This document shows positions 47,561 through 55,400 of a stretch of 58,092 bases of DNA, one piece after another (position 1 is the first letter of the stretch; each line of letters opens with the position of its first letter). Below the pieces are notes generated by a model that saw only the letters and a program-made list of their open reading frames with translations, did no database searches and was not told where the DNA came from. The stretch lies in the NCBI GenBank assembly GCA_964364055.1, contig CAYILT010000001.1, positions 2,584-60,675 of the forward strand, in the 5' to 3' direction. The DNA comes from an uncultured Nitrospiraceae bacterium (GTDB lineage: Bacteria > Nitrospirota > UBA9217). Made by a program: the position numbers and the translations under genes.

Positions 47561-49966
47561 ATGCGTTACGCGAAGTTAAGTATCTTGTTGCTCTGTGTCC
47601 TGACCGCAGTGGTATCACTTTACGGTTGCGGATCATCGAGCAAGGAAGGAAAAGCATCGGGATCGGTCGCCGGCAGCGTCGGAGACACGATGTGCCGGCA
47701 ATGCCACAGCGCCGTTGTCGATCCGCTTACCGGCGAAGGCATTATTGCCCAGTATGACAATACATCGCCCCACAGGGATTCTCCTTATGCGAACAACGGC
47801 AACGGCTGTGAAGCCTGTCATGGCGGCGGCGCCCAGCACAACGGCGTGGGGCCAATTCCCTATGTGAATCCGTTCGCTGGGAACGGGACCCGGTGCATAG
47901 CTTGCCACACCGGAAAATATCAGACCAACGCACCGACCAAGTTTGCAGACTCTCTGCATGGGCAGATGACGATCGAGACCGGCGGCTCCTGCCGGCGGTG
48001 CCATACCCATGAAGGCGCGGTTCTCGGCGCGTACAGCGGCCTGACCGGGTCCGGCGGCGTCATGGACAATGCGTCGTACCAGGGTGCCGTACCGCTTCAG
48101 AGGGAGTTCGGTGTGTTCCAGTGCGGGACCTGCCACCAGCACGGCGGCGGGCTGCGCACGGTCAAGGCGCGGGACACAAGCGGCAATGTGGTCGCCTGGA
48201 ACCCGAGCAAGAGCTATTTGTTAAATGACCAGTTCAACCTCTGCACCGGGTGCCATACGCTCAAGAGCTATGACGGGAACACGGTGCTGGCTTCGGGAAA
48301 TGTTGTCTCTTACGGGAGCTTCACCGTCGCGACCGAGAAGGTCGGCCACCATGATACGTCCTGGTACCGCGTAATCGCAACCACGCACCTGAACAACGCG
48401 GACAACCCGGCTGCCGGCGGCATCTCGGGCTATGTGGTCCGCATCCCCAAGACGGCGGACGATGCCTATGCCAGCACCACGAACCCCAATGCGAAGCCGT
48501 GCTTCGACTGCCATGGGCACGAGGCAAGGACCATGACCGCCTACACGAATCCGTCCGTGACGACCGGCACCAGAGCTTATAATCCGGCGAACGAGACGAT
48601 CTGGACGCAATGGGCCAAGTCTGCCCACGCGGGGCAGCTATTGAAGGTGAAGATGGCTGCGGTCGGCATCAGCACCGGCGCTGCGGCTGTTGATACGGCC
48701 ATGACCACCACGGTAGGTGCGCCGACGTCGGATCCTTGGTTCCATTACGACTGGAGCGCTACCAACCGCCAGGATTGTCAGCGGTGCCATACGGCGACCG
48801 GCGTCTCAAACTTCCTGAAGGACCCTGCAACCTATGATAAGACGAAGAACGACTTCCAGCATCTGGCCGGCTGGACGGTCTCGAGCCGGGCGTCGAAACA
48901 GCGCGAGTTGCTGTATTGCTGGGGCTGCCATGAGAACGTGAGCGCTGACAAAGGCGGCCTGCGCAACCCGGGCGCGCTGAGCTTTACCTACACCAACGGG
49001 GCCACGGCAAGTTATCCCGACGCCTCATCCGCGAACGTCTGCATCGCCTGCCACAGCGGCCGTGAGACGGGCGACAGCATCAAGAATTCGACGGGGGCTT
49101 TCTCGAACTTGAGCTTCATCAACTCCCACTACCTCAGTGCCGGCGGCACGGTCTTCGCCAAGACAGGGTATACCTTTGACGGGCGGGATTACTCAATTCC
49201 GGCCAGCGACCTGCACGACAAGATCGGCATGGGTGTTGTCACGGGAGACGCCAACTTCGACGCTGTTCGCGGCAACTACACCAGCGGCCCCTGCGTCGCT
49301 TGTCACTTCGGCAGCAACGACGGTTCGCATACGCTGAGCCCCTATACGCAGTACTCGCCGACCGACTTGGCCCTCAACCCGGTATGCGTGAACTGCCACA
49401 CCACCCGCGGCGCAGGCTCCAATGCCGCGATCGCCTGGCTGGGGGACGACACCACGGCGGCCACGTTCCAGGGCTCGACCCACAAGGCGCGCTATCAGGC
49501 AGCCCTTGAGGCGCTGCGCGTGCAGCTGGCTGCTAAAGGTTACTACTTCTATGAAAGGCATCCCTATTTCTACACGGCGGCCTACAACACTGGGTATACC
49601 GAATCCGGGGCCTGCACGGACAATCTGCCGGTCAAAAACTGGCAGACAGGCGGGACCTCCACGTTTACATGGAGCGGGACCAGCTGCACCTCGGTGGCCG
49701 GTACGACCGGAACCGTAGGCACGGGCAGTGTCAACATGGGGGCGGCCTTCAACTACAACCTCCTGAAAAATGATCCGGGTGGTGTGGCCCACAACCGTCG
49801 CTATACCCGGCGGCTCATCTATGACGCCATCGATCAAATGGACGACGGCACTCTCAACTACTCCGTCTCCGCCACACTCAACGCGGTAACGGACGTCTAC
49901 AAGGTCAGCGCCACATCGTATCTGATCAAGTCCGGAGCCACGACATCGGCGGAGGAACGGTACTAA
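47561..49966 (+). CDS. Dodecaheme c-type cytochrome lipoprotein
   Basis: Lipobox SLYGC. Twelve CXXCH motifs: CRQCH, CEACH, CIACH, CRRCH, CGTCH, CTGCH, CFDCH, CQRCH, CWGCH, CIACH, CVACH, CVNCH. AAGGAGG lies upstream. Confidence 0.9.
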   Translation: MRYAKLSILLLCVLTAVVSLYGCGSSSKEGKASGSVAGSVGDTMCRQCHSAVVDPLTGEGIIAQYDNTSPHRDSPYANNGNGCEACHGGGAQHNGVGPIPYVNPFAGNGTRCIACHTGKYQTNAPTKFADSLHGQMTIETGGSCRRCHTHEGAVLGAYSGLTGSGGVMDNASYQGAVPLQREFGVFQCGTCHQHGGGLRTVKARDTSGNVVAWNPSKSYLLNDQFNLCTGCHTLKSYDGNTVLASGNVVSYGSFTVATEKVGHHDTSWYRVIATTHLNNADNPAAGGISGYVVRIPKTADDAYASTTNPNAKPCFDCHGHEARTMTAYTNPSVTTGTRAYNPANETIWTQWAKSAHAGQLLKVKMAAVGISTGAAAVDTAMTTTVGAPTSDPWFHYDWSATNRQDCQRCHTATGVSNFLKDPATYDKTKNDFQHLAGWTVSSRASKQRELLYCWGCHENVSADKGGLRNPGALSFTYTNGATASYPDASSANVCIACHSGRETGDSIKNSTGAFSNLSFINSHYLSAGGTVFAKTGYTFDGRDYSIPASDLHDKIGMGVVTGDANFDAVRGNYTSGPCVACHFGSNDGSHTLSPYTQYSPTDLALNPVCVNCHTTRGAGSNAAIAWLGDDTTAATFQGSTHKARYQAALEALRVQLAAKGYYFYERHPYFYTAAYNTGYTESGACTDNLPVKNWQTGGTSTFTWSGTSCTSVAGTTGTVGTGSVNMGAAFNYNLLKNDPGGVAHNRRYTRRLIYDAIDQMDDGTLNYSVSATLNAVTDVYKVSATSYLIKSGATTSAEERY

Positions 49967-50010
49967 CACAGAGGCAGCCAGTGAAAGCTAATACTGGAAT
50001 GACGACATCG

Positions 50011-50044
50011 GCCCCGCATCGTTCTGATGCGGGGCTTTTTCTTT
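50011..50044 (+). terminator. Rho-independent terminator after the dodecaheme gene
   Basis: gccccgcatc-gttct-gatgcggggc followed by ttttt. Confidence 0.85.
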
Positions 50045-50192
50045 GTGCGCTGGGCGGCTGACGCATCTGGAGGTGAAAATTCTCGGGGGAAGGACTTTCA
50101 CGGGGGGGGGAGCGATCCCTGTCTATTCGATGTGGTCGAGCAGGAAACGCTGGTTTCGTTTCTGGTGTGGGATTAATGCAGCGGATGTATGA

Positions 50193-51392
50193 ACGGGATC
50201 CGCTCCCTCACAGGATCGAGGGGCAGACAACCTGCGCTCGGCGGCATATGTTGGGTCGGACCGTTGCGGGGGCTGCCACAGCGCTATACACGACGGCTGG
50301 GCCAAGACCGCCCATACTATGAAGCTGCGGCTCGGCTCACTCGAAGCGAATTACATAAATGATGGAGACACCTCGGGTCGCTCCGATTTTTTCCAGGCGG
50401 CAGAATTTGATCTTGCCACCGCTCCTTCTGCATCGGCAGCCTTCGGAGTTTATGGCGCCAGTGCGCCGAAGATAGGGCATGATTTCGGCGGTTCCTATGT
50501 GAAACTCGGCGCAGCCAAGTACTATGTCAGCTACACATTGGGAGGCGCTGGTTGGGATGCCAACAGCGACGGGCTCGTGTTGAACGCAGAGGCGCAGTGG
50601 AAGCGATATATCACCAAGATCGGAAAAAGCAATTACATCCTTCCGGTGCAATTTAATGCCCAGACGCAGAAATACGTCACCTATGACGCAACCAAATGGT
50701 ACAACGCCGACTATACGACGAGAGAGCCGGTCAAGAACGATTCCTATGAGCGCCGCTGCGCCGGTTGCCATGTGACCGGTCTGCGGGTCTCCCTCGACGG
50801 CGATGAGTGGGTGATGAACTATGCCGACATCTCCGTCGCGTGCGAGGCGTGCCACGGTCCCGGCGGCAGGCGTGCAACGGCTCCGACCAAGAGCAACATC
50901 ATTAACCCCGCCACGATGGTAACGGACAAAGACCTCAATGGCGACGGTGCAATAGATCAGGTTGACAACGTTATCGTCCGGAACTATGTATGTTTCCCCT
51001 GCCATTCCCGTGGAGCGGGCAAGTATTCCGCGGCGGGCGTCAAGCTTTCCTACTTCAGCAGGGATGATGGTTCAGGCAAACCGCTCATGTATATGCCCGG
51101 TCTTGACTGGAAGGAATATTACGACATATCGACCACCGCCGGAGACTATTGGGGCGGAGACCCGACCAGCGGAGATTTTGTCGCGTCATTGGGTCATCAC
51201 CAGCAGCAGCAGGATTTTGCCTATGGATCCCATCGCGCGGACAAGTCGTTTGATCATGAATGCTTTGTGTGCCATGACCTGCACAGCAGGACGAATAAGA
51301 ACAGCGTAACGACCGGGATAACGACCGGCAGCGGCGTTAAGGTAATTACGCAGAACGATGACAACACGCTCTGTCTTGCGTGCCACGCATGA
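50193..51392 (+). pseudogene. Multiheme c-type cytochrome lacking a recognisable start and signal peptide, ending at the transposase gene
   Basis: Six CXXCH motifs: CGGCH upstream of the track ORF Met, then CAGCH, CEACH, CFPCH, CFVCH, CLACH. The frame is closed by TGA at 50190-92 with no ATG/GTG/TTG before the first heme motif. The last CLACH lies one codon (Ala) before the stop. Confidence 0.6.
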
Positions 51393-51397
51393 TCATA

Positions 51398-52653
51398 ATG
51401 AGCCAAAAGGAGTCAAATCGGCTGCATATTATTCGTCAGACCATAGATAAGGCGATAACCCAGGATCGGGCAGCAGACATGCTCGGATTAACGGACCGGC
51501 AAGTAAGAAGAATCGCCAGAAGCGTCAAACTGGAAGGTGACGCAGGCATTTGCCACAAGACCCGAGGAAAGAGGGCCCATAACCGGATAGCTGATAAGGT
51601 AAAGGACAAAGCCGTCATCCTGTGCCGGGACACGTACAAAGAATTTGGCCCCACCCATGCCAGCGAAAAGCTTTTAAAGAACCACAGGATCAAGGTTAGC
51701 GAAGAGACGCTTCGGGGATGGTTTCAAGAGGAACATATTCCCTACAAGAGCCGCAAGAAGAGGCCGCACCGTCAGTGGCGCGAACGAAAGCCGCATCGGG
51801 GCGAGATGGTCCAGATGGACGGATCCCATCATGACTGGTTTGAAGGGCGAGGCCCGTGGTGTGTTCTCATGGGTTATGTTGACGATGCCACCGGCACCGT
51901 GTATGCCCGTTTTTATGAGTATGAGGGGACACACTGCCGGCCATGGACGGTTTCAAGCGGTATATCAGGCTCTACGGGCTTCCCCAGTGCGTCTATCTGG
52001 ACAGGCACTCAACGTACAAGGTCACGGCCAAACAGACCATCGAAGAGGAGTTAAACGATATCCAGCCGATGAGCCATTTCGAGAAGAGCTTGGCAACGCT
52101 TGGCGTAGAGGTCATTCATGCCTATTCCCCCCAGGCCAAGGGACGGGTTGAACGGCTGTTTGGGACATTCCAGGACCGGGTTGTCAAAGAGATGCGGCTT
52201 GCCGGGGTAACGAATATAGCGGAAGGCAATACGTTCTTGGATGGCTATTTGCCGGAGTTCAACAGGAAGTACGCCAAGGAAGCGGCACAGAAAGCCGATT
52301 TCCATCGGCCGATCGTGAATAAGCGAGCGCTCGACACGATTCTCTCCATCAAGACCGAACGGGCACTACGGAACGACTTTACCATCGCCCACAACAAGAA
52401 GCTTTACCAGATCAAGAGTAACATTAGGGCGAAGAAGCTGACCGTGGAAGAAAGAACCGACGGAACCATGCGCATAATCCATAACGGCCAGCAGCTGAAG
52501 TATCAAGAAATAATCGCTCGACCCGTAAGGACAGAGAAATCAGCAGAGAAACCTAGGCCCATAAGAGTGTGGACGCCGTCTGATTCACACCCCTGGAAGT
52601 CTCCGGCAAAAGCAATGGTCAAAGGAAGAACACAACTTCAGGCAACATCTTAA
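51398..52653 (+). mobile_element. Transposase gene (HTH plus rve/DDE integrase core, ISNCY/IS481-like), frameshifted
   Basis: MSQKESNRLHIIRQ...LGLTDRQVRRI HTH, then GEMVQMDGSHHDWFE...YVDDATG. The frame breaks at the G-run 51924-51928 and resumes as DTLPAMDGFKRYIRLYGLPQCVYLDRHSTY...SPQAKGRVERL in ORF 51943..52653. Confidence 0.75.
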
Positions 52654-52703
52654 AACCGGACATTTTTGCTTTGGTAAGAACCGGACATTTCAACTTTGGC
52701 TTG
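52654..52703 (+). repeat. Two 25-bp direct repeats just after the transposase stop
   Basis: aaccggacatttttgctttggtaag / aaccggacatttcaactttggcttg. Confidence 0.6.
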
Positions 52704-52722
52704 ACACATTTCGCACCGTTGC

Positions 52723-52751
52723 TTGACAATAGTGTGTTGTGCCAGTATAAT
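52723..52751 (+). promoter_or_regulatory. Consensus sigma-70 promoter
   Basis: TTGACA (52723-28), a spacer of exactly 17 bp, then TATAAT (52746-51). It faces the downstream hypothetical gene. Confidence 0.6.
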
Positions 52752-52883
52752 TTCATCTGCTTTCCCGGATAATTCGCGTGAAGGTCCCGACAAGCAGACG
52801 CTGGCGCCCCGAGGCAGGCTGCGGGCTGCTCCGGGACGCGGCGTCATCGAACGAATACCCGGCAGTTCAGCAGAGTGAGGATC

Positions 52884-53684
52884 ATGGACGTTCAGGAATT
52901 GTGGAAATATATCCTCGCCAAAAAGCGGAAGAGGAAACTGCTTGTGCTCGATATCGAGCACTGTTCTCCCATGTCGCTGCGAAACATCATCCTTGATGTT
53001 CACACGTCGCCGGAAATCCTCGACCAGATCACACAGGTCTACAGCGATGACGAATACCTCCTGCATGACCTCGTCCGCTGCCCGAACCTCTCCGAGACGA
53101 CGCTGGCCTTCATTGCCCTGACGGCCTCCGACGAGATCAAGAACTTCATTTCGGGAACGCGCGTCCTGGATCTTGTCGTGTATGATGAGACGGCAACGGC
53201 GGCGGCCATCCCGGGGAAGCCGGAGACCGGCCAGCAGGAAAAAGGGACCGGGAGGAAAAAGTTCAATGTCATGCAGGCGGTCCAGAAGATGACGAGTCCC
53301 CAGAAGATCAAGCTTGCGCTTTCGGGCGGGAAGGAGGCCCGGGGCCTTTTGATCCGCGAATCGAACAAGCAGGTATCGGCCGCCGTGCTGGAGAACCCCC
53401 GGATCACGGACGGCGAGATCGAGTTCTTCGCCAAGTCCCAAAACCTGAGCGAGGACATCATGCGCAAGATCGGCACGAACTCCGATTGGACGAAGAAATA
53501 CAACGTTGCCCATTCCCTCGTGAACAATCCCAAATGTCCTCCCGGCATTGCCGTCGGTTTCGTCATCCGGTTGACCGATAGAGACCTCGGTATGTTAGAG
53601 AAGAGCCGGAACGTATCCGAGGCCGTCCGCTCCGCGGCGCGGCGTCTTGTCACCCAGAAAAAGCTGGGCAAGAAATCGTCGTAG
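52884..53684 (+). CDS. Hypothetical protein with helical-repeat character
   Basis: Repeated xNPxxP-type segments (LENPRITDGEI, LVNNPKCPPGIA) resemble leucine-rich-repeat-variant/HEAT-like repeats. I have no confident family. Confidence 0.55.
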   Translation: MDVQELWKYILAKKRKRKLLVLDIEHCSPMSLRNIILDVHTSPEILDQITQVYSDDEYLLHDLVRCPNLSETTLAFIALTASDEIKNFISGTRVLDLVVYDETATAAAIPGKPETGQQEKGTGRKKFNVMQAVQKMTSPQKIKLALSGGKEARGLLIRESNKQVSAAVLENPRITDGEIEFFAKSQNLSEDIMRKIGTNSDWTKKYNVAHSLVNNPKCPPGIAVGFVIRLTDRDLGMLEKSRNVSEAVRSAARRLVTQKKLGKKSS

Positions 53685-53766
53685 GTTCTCTCCGGCCCCC
53701 TTCACGCTGGGCGCAGCATCCATTCTCAATTTCCCGTTTCTGTTCACGCACTTCCCGGGAGAACCA

Positions 53767-54744
53767 ATGAAACGATACGGCATCATGGTCCTTGCGCTGT
53801 TCATCCTCGTCTCCGGCTGTACGGAACAGCGGACCGTACAGAAGGCCGAGACCATCATGGGGACCCAGGTCTCCCTCACGGTGTCGGCGGACTCCGCGGG
53901 TGCGAGCGAGGCGGCGATTGAGGCCGGCATGGCCGAGATCCGGCGGCTCGACTCCATGATGTCGCTCTACAAGGACGACAGCGAGATCACGCGCGTGAAC
54001 CTCTCCGCCGGCAAGACCCCGGTGAAGGTCTCCTCCGAGATGCTCGAGATGGTGGAGTTTGCAGTGGAAGCGTCGAAGCTCACGAACGGGGCGTTCGATG
54101 TGACCATCGGTCCGCTCGTGGTCCTGTGGCAGATGCGGCTGAAGGAAGGGAAGGTCCCCACCGACGAGGAGATCAAGCGTATACTACCGCTCGTTGGATA
54201 CCGTCAGATCGTGCTTGACAAGAAGGCATCGACGATATTCCTCAGGAAGCCCGGCATGATCATGGATTTCGGCGGATGCGCAAAGGGGTATGCCGCGGAC
54301 CGGATCAGGGCGCTGTTCCGAGATCGCGGCATTGACAACGCCATCATTTCGCTCGCCGGCGATATATGGGTGATGGGCCGTCGGGAGGACGGCAAGCCCT
54401 GGCGTATCGGCGTTCAGCATCCCCGGGAGAAGGACAAGACCCTGACCGTCCTTGAGCTTCGCGACAAATACATTTCCACTTCCGGGGATTATGAACGGTT
54501 CGTCATCAGGGAGAAAAAACGGTACCATCACATTATCGACCCCCGCACCGGAAAACCATCACCGGGTGTCATCTCCGTGACCTTGGTGGGAGACAAGGGC
54601 GCTCTCATCGACCCGCTTACAACGGCCCTCTTCATCCTTGGACCTGACGAGGGGATGAGACTCGTGAAGAAAATCGGCGCTGAGGTCATTTTTGTGGATG
54701 ATGATGGTACGGTATCGAAAACGGAGGGCATAAAACTGCCGTGA
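53767..54744 (+). CDS. apbE: FAD:protein FMN transferase (ApbE family) lipoprotein
   Basis: Lipobox LVSGC. MGTQVSLTV, FDVTIGPLV, GGCAKGYAAD, TSGDYERF and HHIIDPRTG blocks are typical of ApbE. Confidence 0.85.
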   Translation: MKRYGIMVLALFILVSGCTEQRTVQKAETIMGTQVSLTVSADSAGASEAAIEAGMAEIRRLDSMMSLYKDDSEITRVNLSAGKTPVKVSSEMLEMVEFAVEASKLTNGAFDVTIGPLVVLWQMRLKEGKVPTDEEIKRILPLVGYRQIVLDKKASTIFLRKPGMIMDFGGCAKGYAADRIRALFRDRGIDNAIISLAGDIWVMGRREDGKPWRIGVQHPREKDKTLTVLELRDKYISTSGDYERFVIREKKRYHHIIDPRTGKPSPGVISVTLVGDKGALIDPLTTALFILGPDEGMRLVKKIGAEVIFVDDDGTVSKTEGIKLP

Positions 54745-54780
54745 AGCGGGAAAGGGTAGTCCGGCAATAAGCCGTGATGG

Positions 54781-54935
54781 TCTCGTAAAAAGTCGTCTCC
54801 CCGGTTCACCCCGTTAGATCTTCTTGCATAGCGAGGATGCTTGGATTTCCGTGGATTCGTTCCATTAGCCTGATAGGTCTAACGGGGAAAAAACCGAGGT
54901 CCAGTAAGCATTGCAAGATCAGAAATCCCCTTATT
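54781..54935. repeat. REP/MITE-related segment
   Basis: It starts with gtctcgtaaaaagtcgtctccccggt, the same TIR family as 10190 and 13226. It contains ccgttagat...tctaacgg inverted arms. Confidence 0.5.
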
Positions 54936-55010
54936 CTCGCATCTCTTCTGGACTTTTACAGCCACTTGTAGTAAAGTTTTCAAACAGTTGTGGCGATGTT
55001 CAGGAGGGGC

Positions 55011-55358
55011 ATGGCAGATTTAGCAGCAATCCAGAAAAAGATCATCTCATTCCGGAACGAGCGTGACTGGGCGCAATTCCACGATCCCAAGAACCTCGCC
55101 GAAGCCCTCTCCATCGAAGCGGGGGAGCTGCTTGAAAACTTCCTCTGGAAGAACACCGAGCAGTCCCGCAATCTCACCGCAGAAGAACTCAAGAACGTAA
55201 AAGAAGAATTGGCCGACATTTTCATCTTTCTCACCTATCTCAGCGAGGAATACAAGATCGACCTGCTCACGGAAGTAGAGAAGAAAATAGCGCAGAACGA
55301 GGCGAAGTACCCGGTTCACAAGGCAAAGGGCTCGGCCAAGAAATATACGGAGTTGTAA
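55011..55358 (+). CDS. MazG-like nucleotide pyrophosphohydrolase domain protein
   Basis: FRNERDWAQFHDPKNLAEALSIEAGELLE and EELADIFIFL (EEXXE/D-type metal motifs). GGAGG lies upstream of MADLAA. Confidence 0.8.
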   Translation: MADLAAIQKKIISFRNERDWAQFHDPKNLAEALSIEAGELLENFLWKNTEQSRNLTAEELKNVKEELADIFIFLTYLSEEYKIDLLTEVEKKIAQNEAKYPVHKAKGSAKKYTEL

Positions 55359-55400
55359 CGCTCGGAATACTTTTCAACCCGAGTCTAACGTGGGGTGCTG

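Noticed and set aside
50190-50192. The in-frame TGA upstream of the first heme motif of the third cytochrome could be a selenocysteine or read-through codon.
   Set aside because: I saw no SECIS-like hairpin immediately downstream. The upstream peptide (MWSSRKRWFRFWCGINAADV) is not a signal peptide, and the gene is also truncated at its 3' end.
53647-53766. The longer ApbE ORF starts at 53647 and overlaps the upstream gene.
   Set aside because: The extension has no signal-like features. MKRYGIMVLALFILVSGC at 53767 gives a standard lipoprotein leader.
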